Assembly: GCA_951406725.2 (NCBI GenBank)
Contig: OX597816.1
Span: 125,550,001-125,614,000, forward strand
DNA: 64,000 nucleotides
Direction: 5' to 3'
Origin: Octopus vulgaris
Lineage: Eukaryota
The position numbers and the translations under genes are program-made. Below the pieces are notes generated by a model. It searched no databases. It was not told where the DNA came from and worked only from the letters and a program-made list of their open reading frames with translations. This document shows positions 15,829 to 29,327 of the stretch, one piece after another. The number at the start of each line of letters is the position of its first letter. Within the stretch, counting starts at the first letter, position 1.

Positions 15829-17076
15829 AGGTAGCAATATTAGCATCATTATCGTCGTTATCATTATTGCCGTCATCACCATAGTCATCACCTAAATAAT
15901 TATTATTAAATCTTACAGCGCTCAGATGTATATTTAAATGAATGCTGTAATGCGAAGATATAGCTTAATTCACTCCGAATATATTGAATCTATTAGTTAG
16001 ATCAGCTGGCAGGAAAATATTTCAAGAAGAAACCCCGTTGACTCTTTGCCCCTATCAAGAAAGTCTTGATGTTTGACGATGAAGATGAATTGCAAATTGA
16101 AGAAGAGTCGATTATAAGACTGGAAGGTTAAAAAAGAAACACTGATGATAGACCATCGTTAACTATTTGCAAATTTTATTTTCAATTTGTCAGCTTTCTC
16201 AAATTGGTTGAGGTATGGTTCACAATAGTGATTCCAACGTCGAAATATATTCAAATAACAGTCCAACTTATAAAAGGCAAAAGATGCATAGTGTTGAAAA
16301 TGCTTACTTAAAAGACTGACGGTAAAAACGTTAAAAAAACATCGCAAACGACAGAGACAACTTTTGAGAGACGCTGTAGGAAAGGACACGATAGGAATGA
16401 GTTATACCCATAAAGACAGTCACTACCTTCCCAAATATTTTATCAAAATAAAGATAATGAGGAAATCAACATAACTTTACAAATACTTCTTAAGTCCTGA
16501 CGGTACCCGAAGCTCTATTGCTAACCCTGAGTTATACTATATACACTGATAAAAGATTGAAGAGACTGAATCAGATGGTGATACAAGTTTTAAGGTCAAT
16601 TTCCTACACTTACGGTAGCGAAGTGTATTCAATGGCTTACTGTTTGCTAGGAAGAAAGTTGAATAAGGAAAGCAAATGGCCCAAAAGACGGTGACAACAG
16701 CAGGCACTGGATGTAAAAACACTGTTGCGGCTGCTTTTTTCACAAAATCATCGATCACTTCTTTCCGAGGTTGCCTAGAGAGGAAGTTAATGCAATCAAA
16801 ATCACCTTACCTTCAATAATGACACCGCAGTACATCGATTGAAGCTTATGAATAAACTGAGTGTTTTCTTCCTCCAGCACATGAGTGACCACAGACTAAA
16901 AACGATATCCCAGTGACATAATCTACACTATTCATCAATTAACAGTTTAAGAATGACGGTTTGCTTTTATTATAACCAACGACTATTGTTGAAGTACTGT
17001 TACTAACTGTTTGAACACTGTTGTCCGTGGGGATTCTTTTGCAGTTCCTATTCTTCGTAATTATTTTACTTTCCTT

Positions 17077-17112
<36 letters not shown>

Positions 17113-18530
17113 ATTTGGCTCAAAAGCAAATAGCAAGGCCATGTAGGGGGACATGGAGTTAAGTACAGGGTGGTGTTCATGTAAAGAGTTCAGGCCACTT
17201 GAGGTCAAGGGAGGCTTTGAACAAAGCGGTCGTCGGCATCTTCACCATCTCGTCTGGCAGCTTGTTCCACGGATCCGCAACCCGGACGGAGAAAGCTCCT
17301 CTCCTTCGATTGAGATGAAATCGTCGCAGGTAGAGCTTTTCGGAATGACCCCGCAGCCGACGCTCTGGAGCAGGAGTGAAGAACAGCTCTTTCGAGAGGT
17401 TACACTTTCCGCTTATGATGTTGTGGGCGAGAATGAGATCACCACGGCGGCGGCGTTTTTCAAGAGAATAAAGGTCGAGCGTCCTCAGCCTTTCTTCGTA
17501 GGACAAATTTTTGAGACCATGAACCATGCGGGTAGCCAGCTTCTGGACTCTTTCGAGATGCTGTATGTCGTTGAGGAGATAAGGAAAAGAGGCTTGAATC
17601 CCATACTCCAATATGGGTCTCACCAGCGTGACATAGAGTGGTAGGAATATGGCTGCTGTGAGCATTCCGAATGACCGTCGAATCAAGAACAGAATTCCGC
17701 GTGCTTTGTTGGCAGCATGGACGCACTGGGCCGAAGGCGAAAAGGAGGAATCCACCAAGATACCTAGGTCCTTTACCTGATCGGTCCTCTCCAGCAGCAG
17801 ACGACCCGGCTCGAAATCAAGTTGAGTTGCAGGAGTAGAGCCGACAGGCAGATGACAGCACTTTGACACGTTCAGACGCAGGTCCCGGCTGGACATGGGC
17901 AAAGAATGTTTTTGGATTGCTACTGGCATTTGCCGCGATTTTGTATTCGTAACTGAAGTGTTCTTTCTTTTCAATTTTCACGGCTCGGTCTCGTTGAGTT
18001 TTGTACACCTCAAAAGCTGCAGTCGAATCCAGATTTTTGAATTCAGCCCAAGCAATATCTCTGAGTCGACGTTCTCGTTTAACCCTCTTCGTCACCCAGG
18101 GCTTGTGTTTCTTACTCTTGGGAAGCCCAACGGGAACTGCCTGGTCAGTCAAACAGATTACATATGCTTTGAGGGATGACCATAGTTCGTCAACTGAGGA
18201 CAACGTCATCAGGGATCGCCAGTCCAGAAGCGCGGAAGCCTCGGTTAGAATTTCAAGATTAATTGCAGAGAAGACTCTACGTGGCAGCGAAGTAGTCGTG
18301 GGCGTAGAAAAAGTTGTGTGCATGACGAACTTCAGGACCGCATGATCACTCTTGGCAAGAGGTGCGCACACAGATACGTCTGACACTGATCTTGGATAGC
18401 GGGAGAATACCAGATCTAGCATAGATGGCTGCTGCCCAGACCGATGCCTTGTCGGATATTCAACATGTTGCGATAGAAAACAATCTTCAGCCACGTCAAG
18501 AAGGGCCTGGCCGAACCGGGAAGATGTTGT
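17077..18530 (-). mobile_element. CR1-group LINE, 5'-truncated with RT core deleted, (AACT)n tail
   Basis: APE C-terminus LSQHVEYPTR..LDLVF..PLAKSDH; linker PWVTK..NPKTFF; RT C-terminus LNVSKC..KDLGILVD..LVRPILEY..LERVQKLATRMV..YEERL..LEKRRRRGDLI..WNKLP; (GTTA)n at 17077-17112. Confidence 0.93.
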
Positions 18531-18914
18531 ACAAATTGATTGTTATTTATGTTGTTTTTATTTCTTTATAACTTCTAGTTCTTGATAAAATCACTTCGGA
18601 TTAGAGTCGAAATGTGTGTTTTGTTCAGAAATTAACAAATATTTGTGTTGTATTCTTAATCCATCGCTCGGTTCAACATCTCCACTTGGTCACTGAGAAC
18701 ATTTAGCGCAATCTACTAGGTTGTCCTTATTGGAGCCAAGTCTCCAGTTTAATAATAGTTTGCTTCTTTCCTCCACAGAAACTCTGGGGAAAGCTATAGG
18801 CATTTCCCCTTATCTTCTAAGATATAGTTAAAAAATAATGCATGTCTTACGACATGCATTCTCTATTTTGCTTTTAGTCGTGTCGTTTCGATGTTGGTTC
18901 CATTAAGGGTTCTT

Positions 18915-19144
18915 TCATTCTTTTACGTGCTTCATTCGTTTGACTGCGGCCATGCTAGAGCACTGACTTTACTCGAACAAATCGACCCTTGGACTTATTC
19001 TTCGTAAGCCTAACACTTATTCTATCGGTCTCTATTGCCGAACCGCTAAGTTACGGGGACGTAAACACAGCAGCATCGGCTGTCAAGCGATGGTGGGGGG
19101 ACAAACACAGACACACAAACACACACACACACACACACACACAC

Positions 19145-19191
<47 letters not shown>

Positions 19192-19327
19192 GGACTTCTT
19201 TCAGCTTCCGTCTACCAAATCCACTCACAAGGCTTTGGCCGGCGCGAGGCACTTGCGCAAGATGTCACAAATGGGACTGGACCCGGAACCATGTGGTTAA
19301 GAAGCAAGCTTCTTACCACACAGCCAT
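18915..19327 (-). mobile_element. SINE family A
   Basis: reverse complement of 15164-15570 motifs (TTTGACTGCGGCCATGCT, CCGTCTACCAAATCCACTCACAAGGC). Confidence 0.88.
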
Positions 19328-20117
19328 TTGTTAATTTGCTTCTCTTAATTTCTATTTCTATGTGATCACTTTCCATATGGTTCAGATTTTGGTTTTTGGC
19401 TTATCATGTAATTATACTAGTAGTTGTACTAACTACCGGAAATGTAATTTTATTTAACCGGGTGATATTGATGTTCGTGACCATTTCTCAAAAATATTGA
19501 TGGCGAGGAGTACGAATTTATTGTTGCAATCATTTTGTCGTTAAATTTATTGTTGGGAACATTCATTGATTCTTCGAAAAATTTACTGTATTAATTTTGT
19601 ATTTACCTTCACCTTTAGATTGTTATGGTCTTTATTTCCACTTTCAGAATGTATCGTTACTATTTACATTTATGAATATTTTTGTTTGTGTAATATTCTG
19701 AAGTTTGTCTAGACTTACTTTTTATTTTCCCATGTTTTGTCCATATTAGACAAGTTTTGTTTTGTTCTGTTCTGTTTTTTTTCGTGATTTTTCAGTTTCT
19801 ATATTTTATTGCTTGTTAGGAACCATTGCAATATGTTAATTGTATTTGTTTTGTTTTAGTTTCTCTTTGGTTTCTTCTATTCGCGTTGCTTTGAGAAAAT
19901 ATTTCCTTATGTAAGCTAGTCTGTTGCGATCTATCACAATACTCTTCCGAATGTTTATAAATTGTATGATGTTAGTTTGGTATTTTTTTAGATCAGTATT
20001 GTTTAAAATGTGTATGTACAATAGAAACTTAATACTTCTATATCCATTTGTATTTTCCCCTTATTTGTGAAACCTGAAAAGTGCAGCCAGCTCTTTATTC
20101 AAACGTCATTATTTTCG

Positions 20118-20400
20118 TTATTACCCTGAGCACGTAAGCGAAAGTAGGGAATTTCAGTCGCTTGTCTTAGTCGTTTAGTCTGTGTATTTGCAAAATTACT
20201 GGGAAACGGCTGAACGGATTTTCACCAAATTTAGCAGAAATACTCTTTGGGTGAGTGGCTCGAACTCATTATTTTGGTTTGATTATATTCAATGCGTAAA
20301 CGATAAGCAGGGGAAATAACTCTTGATGTCATTTTGTCGAAATATGAATTTATTTTGCCCTTGTGTGCGACCCACCGATGCCTGCTTTTTAATTTTTTTT
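20118..20400 (+). mobile_element. probable Helentron-associated non-autonomous element (HINE/DINE-1-like)
   Basis: TTATTACCC start, GTCT-like repeat, AAACGGCTGAACGGATTTTCACCAAATTT core typical of this group, T-rich end. Confidence 0.45.
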
Positions 20401-20604
20401 TATTTTATTTACTTCTGATGATGTTGATTGTTGTTTGTTTTGATAGCAAACATTTGCTTCAGATTTAATTCGGTCGTTTTTAATCGATGTCGTATATATT
20501 TCGAAGTAGATAAATAACGTTTTCTTATGTTAAATGTTTCTGGTGCTCTCTTAATATTGTTATTAATATTCGTATACGTCGTATTGATCTGCCGTCAAAT
20601 TTCT

Positions 20605-20770
20605 TGGTGGTGTTCCTTTATAAACTTCCTGAGTTCAAAATCAACCGGGGCAACGGTATTTTTCTCTCGCCAGTCGATAAAACAAAGTACCAGTTGAGCA
20701 CAGCGATCGATCGTATAACCCCTCCTCTCAAATACACTGGCCTTGTCTCTAAATTAGAAATCATAACTTT
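20605..20770 (+). mobile_element. decayed SINE family B
   Basis: GAGTTCAAAATC..GTCGATAAAACAAAGTACCAGTTGAGCAC..CTGGCCTTGT..AAATTAGAAA. Confidence 0.6.
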
Positions 20771-21255
20771 TGCATTGGTTCTTTTAATTTGAATGTTAGT
20801 CTTTTCTATCGTGATTTATTTAATAGAAATAATTTTATTGGATAATTTGAAAACAAGAGAGTTCCTCATTTCCTCAGAGTTGAGAAAATGTCTGTCTCTT
20901 AGACATTTATTTAATTTTAAAATTATTGTTCACATGCTAATTGATAACGATGGCTTCTTTTCGAAGAACAATGGAAGATAATAGCCACAAACGCAGCGAC
21001 ACTGATCATACCCCCAAGGAAAACACTAATGAAAGATATTCACTTCGAAATTAAAAATACTACAGAAAAATAACTAAACAGGCGAAAAATGTTAATATTG
21101 AACAAGTACACACAGTAAACATTCAGACTATAACAAATGAAGTGAATCTTTTATTAATAACAGTAATATGAATGGCAGCAGTTTTGCAAGTGTTACTGGT
21201 CAAATGAAGCAACTTAATATAGACTAACTTCTGAAAGAAGGCATGGGATGACAGA

Positions 21256-21941
21256 TGTAGTGGATCTTGCATGCATGAGGTGGATTCGATCCACCATAGC
21301 CAAATTTAAATTAACACTGCAACAGAACTTTTCCCACGTTGGAACAATGGTTTTTCTCTGACAGCAGTTTTACATTTTCCAGATACCTTTAGCTAGGCCG
21401 AAATAATGTATTCACCACTTAACCTTTTCTAACCTATTCTACTTCACCAAAAGATAGAATAGAGATAATAAGACCACCAACTAAATATATCTACATTCTG
21501 GATAGTTATATAAGAGAGCACACCCCAAGCAAAACTCAGTTAATCAAAGTCGGTGACGACTCAACGAGTTCAGTCACCTCGGTGACGATGAAGTCTGGCT
21601 GACCAGCTAGAACATTGGTCAGAGGGAGAAATGAAGTTTACTGTCAGCAACTGTGAGACAACGTCCCACACCCTACAACTCTCACTAGCTCCAATTCTTT
21701 TCTCTTACAACATCGTTCTGTCTCTCTCTCTGTATTTACTACTAAACAATGAAGAGGACACAAACACAAACTTTACTTCGCATGCTTGTGGATTTATTAT
21801 AACTTGCCCGTCCAGGCAAGGTATTTGTAACGTAACGGTAAATAAATACTTTCTTAAAACTTCATGCATTGTTCGTCTTTCACATCCTACAGTATGCAAT
21901 TATAACAACACATTTTTATCATCACAAACCGGTGACCCCGA
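21256..21941 (+). mobile_element. probable Gypsy-type 5' LTR with tRNA-Trp primer-binding site, no internal ORF visible
   Basis: TGTAGTG...CATCACA termini, TATATAA near 21508, AATAAA at 21841, (C)GGTGACCCCGA 3 nt after the CA end (cf. PBS TGGTGACCCCGA). Confidence 0.6.
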
Positions 21942-22809
21942 ACAAGAGAATTGCAACCTTCCCAAAAACCAACCGTTAGAAACTGGCGGCCCCAACGTTG
22001 CACCACAATAGGCATCGCTACAAAAATAAAACTTTATCGTTACATATATTACCAAACAAAACTTTTTTTATTATTTTTCACACTTCATTGAAGAACTACT
22101 TGTTCCTTGCGTTAAACAGAGAGCAATTCCTCCTTATACCTTCAAAATATTAACTGGTGGTGTCCCAGGCCCATGTGAAGAAAAATATGTCCTTCATTTT
22201 CTGGAAAACATTATGAAAGTCGTAATAACTCTTCAAAGAACACAGTGCCGTTTTAAAGCTGTACCCCGTCGTTGGTGCAGAACGTAGAGCCATGAGATTT
22301 GTCGTACAGTACAGAGTGTACAGCCTCTAGTTGTATTGAATCAAAGGTAACTTCAGCGTTTGTGTCAAGAGATTATCAGACAGAAACAAACAACAGATCA
22401 GAAATTGCAACGAAAAAACAGCCTACAGAAACTGAGGTACCAGTTCAGAGAGATTGCAATGGTACATGGGAAAATCTGAGGTCTAAACTTCATCGTCATC
22501 CCCAGCAAAAACGGAACAGAAATGTCACTAGAGTTTTCTTATTTCGATCGCATATGAAGATAGCTCTGGCATTTTCAACTATCTTTGAATTCTGCAACAG
22601 TATGGTAATAATGAGCAGGAAAAAGTGTTACACTTCCAAAAGGAATGTGGTCTGCACTCCTGTCTCTATTGTTGCTATCATCAGTCTGTTTGCAACCATA
22701 ACAGCAGCAACAGCCACAACAAATAAACTAAACCCCTCTCGAACAGAAATAGACGTAAAAGATATCGCGGAGAACTGTTGCTTCAAAAAGTAAATAAAAC
22801 AAGAGGAAA

Positions 22810-22975
22810 ATCACTTCGTCTGCTTTTACGTTCTGAGATCATAATCCGCTGAGGTTGACTTTTCATTTAAACCTTTCCCAGTTGATAAAATAAGTACCGG
22901 CGTTGACGCAATCGACTTCTCCACTCCTTAAACACTGCTGGTCCTGAGCCAAAATTTGAAACCATTGATATTATT
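22810..22975 (+). mobile_element. decayed SINE family B
   Basis: CGTTCTGAGATCATAATCCGCTGAGGTTGACT..GATAAAATAAGTACC..CCAAAATTTGAAACCATT. Confidence 0.7.
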
Positions 22976-22989
22976 ATTATTATGATTAT

Positions 22990-24130
22990 TATGCTTGGCT
23001 TTTACATTTTATTTGTACAAGTTGATTTTAAGTCTCACCCAGAGACCTCAAGTGACAAGTTAATTCAGATTGTTGTTATGACTAGTGTGCCATATTTTTG
23101 GTATTGCAAAAAGTATTGCTCCTAAGAGTGTCAAAACAAGAAAATTAAGAGTTTTTTTAAAGTAGTTTGATTATAAGATGAGAGTGTGATCTTAAAATGA
23201 CAGTAAAATGTGTTTGCTATTTTGTACATTTAAAAGTATTTTTGACAACATTATCATTATCTTTTTTCTCTTTATCACAGGTTTTATTGAAGCTCCTGGA
23301 GTTTTGCATGCGTAGCGGGCTTACTACCTGCAGCCTACGGTACCATGCTTTCCTTTTTTTCAGCTTACTAATACTTACCTGATTGTTCTGACTGTGCCAA
23401 GGACGCAAATCTTTTGTGGTAGTTTTATGGGCACTATGTTCCAGTTTTCTTTATATTCCCCTTGATGCCTTCTAATATTGTCCCCGAGAACCCAACAATA
23501 ATAAGCACTATCTTCACCTTCATTTTCCATATCCGGGCTATTTTGTACTTAAGAGGGTTGTATTGTTCTCGAACTTCGTTGTTAGTGGTCCGAGTGCCCC
23601 TACAAGTAATATGATGTCAGATACTTTCTTGCAATTTCGTCTTGCATTTTTCTAGTTCTTTGCCACTTATGCATGCATCCCTAGGTATTGTAATATCCAT
23701 AATATTGTTTTCCCTTTTGTATCTACCACAACAATGCCTGGTCACCGAGCATCGTTTAGGGAGTCGCACTGGATTGTAAAATCCCACAGTCTCTTATATT
23801 CCTTGTTTCCAATGACTCTTTGTGGAATCGATGTAATCAATTATCCCCCTCCTCCTAAAATTACTTCCCTCCCACCAGAATTTGAGACCATTATTGTGGG
23901 GTTTTGTTTGTTGTTAATGCTGTTGTTCCTGCTGCTACCATTATTGCTATTGCTGTTGTTGTTACTGTTATTTGTGTTGTTTTGTAACTTTTGTTACATA
24001 TCCTATCAGGCTGTCCACAGTGGAGTAATTTTCTGGACTGCATAGTATTTTTTATGTTGCTCCAGGATGTTATTCATCTTGTTATTCACGAATTCTGGAA
24101 TTCCAATGGCCATATGATATTGCTTTCGTT
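22990..24130 (-). mobile_element. cluster of decayed R4/Dong 3' fragments
   Basis: AAGTCTCACCCAGAGACCTCAAG identical to the 3'UTR at 2407; minus-strand RLWDFTIQCD..PGIVVVD, YNPLKYKIARIWKMKVKIVLIIVG, AVQKITPLWTA. Confidence 0.7.
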
Positions 24131-24196
24131 TTCGCATTCAATTTCCTGTCGATTTTGATTTCCAACCCTTTGTTGCTGTTGTTGTTGTTATCGTAG

Positions 24197-24296
<100 letters not shown>

Positions 24297-26027
24297 TGTT
24301 GTTGTAGTTGTTGTTGTTGTTGTTGTTGTTTGCATTATATTCAAAGGAATTTCACCTGATTGTTCTGTAAAATAAATGCAGTTCATTCTTAGGTGTAAAC
24401 CTTCATAGTTTATAGGAATATTCATGCACGACTAAAAATTGAAAATATGTTGTCGTGTATATTCATATTTTACTACTGGTGTACTTATTTTAATATTGTA
24501 GTATATAGTTTAGGCAATATTTTTGTTGAAGTCTATGTCAGGTGTGGTGTTTGAAGTGTAATTCGGTGGTTTATTTTAGCTTTAAGTATATTTCCCTCGC
24601 GATGGTTTCAATAGAGAAGTTGAAAAATATCTTCGATATTTATGTTCCTTCTGTGTTATTTTTTACCTTTTCGATTGTATATTATGTTATAAGTTTTGTG
24701 CGACTCAGTGTAGAGAGTGTATTATAGTTCATAAAATCCGCTATATGCAATCGAAGCAATATTAAAATAAAATCACAACTTATGTATTATACTTAATATA
24801 AATATATCATTAAAAGACAATTTACTGCGGCATTTATCCAGGGATAACATTCCTTATGGAAGGGCTGTGTCTAAACACAATACACATCGGACGAAGCCGA
24901 AAATCTTCCCGGCATTTTTAATTGCTTCTATTACATATAACGGATGTATACATACTTACATACATACACACATACATACATACACACTGGTGTATGTATG
25001 TGTGTACATATATACATACACACATGTGTGTACAACATACATACATACACTGGTGAAATGTCCTATTGAAAACGGCAATAAAATGTAAATACAATAGACC
25101 TGATATAATGATTTGGGATAGAGAATGGAAACTGTGTACAACTGTGGAAATTTGCTGTCCAGCGGATGCTAACATAAAGCTGAACTTAAGTGGAAAAGAG
25201 AATACCTACTCTGAACTATCGAAAAATCTGCAGTTATTCTAGATTAGAAGTTTAAGTTTATACAAGTTCAGATTTATACAACTTATTTAAATATATGTGA
25301 GCACGTCTAGATATGCAAGAATATGCATGAGAAGGCATAGATAAAACAAAACATATAAATCTGCACGTATACATGCATACAAAAATACCCTGTTGATGTT
25401 AAAATTCCGATGAAAGAGTCTTGGATCTAAACTCTTGGTAAGAAATTTTGAAATATAACTGAATAATGACATACATATACACATTAGCTATTGGCAAAAA
25501 AAGTAATCTTTTAAACGAATATTAATTAATAAATCCAACCTAACTTGGTAGCGTATTTTAGAACGCCGTACATCAGCAATTTACGTTTAAATCATGTGAC
25601 CTATGTGTGTCATTCGCTGGTGCTGAAAATATTTCGATCTAGTATTCCAAGTTTTGTTACCTATTGGTGACTATTTCCAATTTACGGTGATATCACATGA
25701 TACTAGAGTAACAACCAGTATTGCCAAATTTTTGTCAACCGACATAATCTGTGCTTTCGGGACGCTTACCGCAGTCTAAAGTCTGTCAAACTGTTTAAAA
25801 AGTCAGTTGTGTCGTGAAAAGCTGGTGGGCTGTGTATAAATGACATTCCTCAGTTTAAAACGAAATCACATGATACAACATTACCAGCCACCGGTGCAGA
25901 CGAAATTTCGTTAACCGATATATTGTGTGGCTTTTAGCATTCATCGACTACATGAGATAATTTTTCGGGGCGTTTACTGCAGTCTACGGCAGTCTAAACA
26001 ACACATTCAAGTGCGGTTGGATGTGCT

Positions 26028-26111
<84 letters not shown>

Positions 26112-26318
26112 CTCTTTTACTTGTTTCAGTCAATTCACTGCGGCGATGCTGGAGCACCGCATTTAGTCGAGCAATTCGAGCCCAGGACTTATACTTTGTA
26201 AGCTAGTACTTATTCTATCGGTCTCTTTTGCCGAACCGCTATTTTACGGGGTCGTAAACACAACAGCATCGGTTGTCTAGCGATTTGTGGGCGACAAGCA
26301 CAGACACACAAATACACA

Positions 26319-26320
<2 letters not shown>
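26112..26320 (-). mobile_element. SINE family A, 3' half
   Basis: CTCTTTTACTTGTTTCAGTC..GCCGAACCGCT..CAGCATCGGTTGTC. Confidence 0.85.
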
Positions 26321-26360
<40 letters not shown>

Positions 26361-26382
26361 CATATACATATATACGACGCTT

Positions 26383-26425
<43 letters not shown>

Positions 26426-26906
26426 TATATATATATCCACATATATATGCATATATATGTATGCAGATATATATGCAGATATATATATAGAGAGAGATAT
26501 GGATACATAGATATGCATATAATATATATGTATATACATACTTGCATAATTTTAAAATGATTTCATAATTAGTGTACAAAATGCACTTTTTAATCGTCAG
26601 TGCAGACATAATCAAGACACAAAAATGAACAAACATCAACATACCAGACGAACATCAAATGTATCCAACATACCACATTGGACTTGTTCACTCGTATGTA
26701 TCTACGTAAGAGGCATGCTTTTCGAATTACATCTCGGCAAACGTGTATATTCAGAATAATTCAGCACTGAATATATTCCAGTTAAATTTAAATTTTTTAA
26801 ATAGGATAAAATCTTTATAAGAATTTATCAAGTAGTCAGCGTGAAAAACCTCATAAGTGAAAAATTATAATTATTCCCTTTAAATATATTTATTTACATT
26901 AAAGGC

Positions 26907-27055
26907 ATTAATACACATAAATGCCTCACTCTATGAGGGACTCTTAAAGTCAAAATTACCATAATAAATACATTCCCTCGCGTTCGGTGCACAGTATTTA
27001 TTATGGTAATTTTGACTTTAAGAGTCCCTCTTAGCGTGAGGACATGTGTATTAAT
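26907..27055. repeat. fold-back inverted repeat (37-bp perfect core, 22-nt loop) next to (TA)n
   Basis: GAGGGACTCTTAAAGTCAAAATTACCATAATAAATAC at 26935-26971 is the reverse complement of 26994-27030. Confidence 0.9.
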
Positions 27056-27077
27056 ATCGTTAATATAAATAAAAAAT

Positions 27078-27084
<7 letters not shown>

Positions 27085-27131
<47 letters not shown>

Positions 27132-27305
27132 ATACATATATATATATACATACATGTATACATATATATATATATGTATATACATATACATAGAGGTATA
27201 TATATATATACATGCTTATATATAGATGTATACATATATATTTGCATATATATACATATACACATATATAGATATATACATATATATATACATATATATA
27301 GATGT

Positions 27306-27374
<69 letters not shown>

Positions 27375-27482
27375 TATATACATGTATGTATACATATATA
27401 TATGTGTATACATGTATGAAGATATATATATACAAGTATGTATATATATATGCATATATTTGTATATATGCATATATATGTT

Positions 27483-27517
<35 letters not shown>

Positions 27518-27530
27518 GCATATACATATA
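27085..27530. repeat. long degenerate (TA)n/(TACA)n tract
   Basis: direct reading. Confidence 0.9.
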
Positions 27531-27539
27531 CTCGTGAAT

Positions 27540-27872
27540 GCGTGTGGCTCAGGGGTTAGAGCTTCGAGTGATTAGATCGTGTGGTTGTGAGTTCGAATCC
27601 CGGACCGGGCTGCGTGTTGTGTTCTTGAGCAAGACACTTTATTTCACGTTGGTCCAGTTTCACTCAGCTGTGGAAATGAGTTGCGATGTCACAGATGCCA
27701 AGCTCTATCGGCCTTTGCCTTTCCCTTGGAACGCACTCGTGGCGTGAAGAGGGGAGGCCGGTATGCCTGGGCGACTACTGGTCTTCCATAACCAAACTTG
27801 TCTGGACTTGTGTCTGAGAGGGTAACTTTCTAGGTACAATCCCATGGTCAGTCATGACCGAAGGTGTGGTCT
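27540..27872 (+). mobile_element. SINE family C
   Basis: TGGCTCAGGGG A-box, GAGTTCGAATCC B-box, colinear with 1121-1445. Confidence 0.85.
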
Positions 27873-27889
27873 CAGCATATTCATTATAC

Positions 27890-27950
<61 letters not shown>

Positions 27951-27971
27951 ATCTATATGTATATATATATA

Positions 27972-28961
27972 GTTATCAATAATAATATAGGGTGAAATTA
28001 ATTAATTTGGAATAATTATTAATTTCACAAAGTAGATTTCGGCATGTAAAAGCCCCATTTGAGGAAGGTTTAAGTAATACTAAGTAATTAAGGGTTTAGC
28101 ACGATTTGCCTCACCACACACCGAATTTAGAAATAGCAGTCAAAGAGTTATGGCTATTCTTTCTACTTAAAAGGGAGATCTCAGTAAAACCACAGCACTT
28201 AAAAGGCAAACGCAGGCAAAAGAGAATGAAGTGACGACAATCATTCTATATTAAGTCACCTACGGACGTACGTTTCGAAATTAAGTCTTAGGAAAGCATA
28301 AAAATAGAGATAATTATGTCTGCTATTTCTAAATTCGGTGTGTGGTGAGGCAAATCGTTGCTAAACCCTTAATTACTTAGTATTACTTAAACCTTCCTCA
28401 AATGGGGCTTTTACATGCCGAAATCTACTTGGTGAAATTAATGATTATTCCAAATTAATTAATTTCACCCTATATTATTATTGATAACCATATTTCATCC
28501 CAGTAAATAACCGCAACATCTTATCTTGGCAGCACGCTGGTGGGAGGAGGTTGGTGACACAAACTTTCATTCACACTTTGAATTTGGTGGTACTGGTAAC
28601 GGCTTACGCTCGCTCTGATACCATGAGTTGAGGTGATGTCTTCTAGTGCCTCCAAATTTAATACACAATTATTCATAATTGTAGAGTCCTACGCTGAAGA
28701 GTAAAATAGTCGGGTAAGACATAATTATCTAATTTTTATGCTTTCCTAAGACTTAATTTCGAAACGTACGTTCGTAGGTGACTTGATATAGAATGATTGT
28801 CGTCATTTCATTCTCTTTTGCCTGCGTTTGCCTTTTAAGTGCTGTGGTTTTACTGAGATCTCCCTTTTAAGTAGAAAGAATAGCCATAACTCTTTGACTG
28901 CTATTTCTAAATTCGGTGTGTGGTGAGGCAAATCGTTGCTAAACCCTTAATTACTTAGTAT
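27972..28961 (+). mobile_element. ORF-less retrozyme/Penelope-like element: 578-bp unit with terminal redundancy plus a 349-bp inverted copy, in (TA)n
   Basis: 28321-28383 repeated at 28899-28961; 27972-28320 is the reverse complement of 28718-28898 joined to 28321-28488. Confidence 0.85.
28688..28778 (+). ncRNA. type I hammerhead ribozyme with long stem II and palindromic stem III
   Basis: CCUACG-CUGAAGA-G..C-GAAAC-GUAC-GUU-CGUAGG; the inverted copy at 28259-28277 reads GUC at the cleavage triplet. Confidence 0.85.
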
Positions 28962-28984
28962 ATATATATATATATATATATATC

Positions 28985-29258
28985 TTTTATAATTGACGTG
29001 TTTCAGTCATTCGACTGTGACCATGCTTGAGTACTGCCATGAAATTTTAGTTGAATGAATCAATCCCATTACTGATTTATTGTGAAACCTTGCACTGTTT
29101 CTGTCAGTCAGTTTTGCCGAAACGCTAAGTTACAGGGACATAAACACACCAATACCAGTTATCAAGTAGTGATGGGGGACAAACGCGGACACGCACATAT
29201 ACACACATGCGCACAAACACACATATATATATTGTATATATATATGTATGTGTATGCA

Positions 29259-29327
<69 letters not shown>

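Noticed and set aside
16020-16950. Possible decayed DNA-transposon coding sequence
   Set aside because: no diagnostic motif or termini could be identified
27540-27612. tRNA genes (also 1121, 15164, 32601, 36439)
   Set aside because: A/B boxes are present but there is no proper cloverleaf; they continue into SINE bodies
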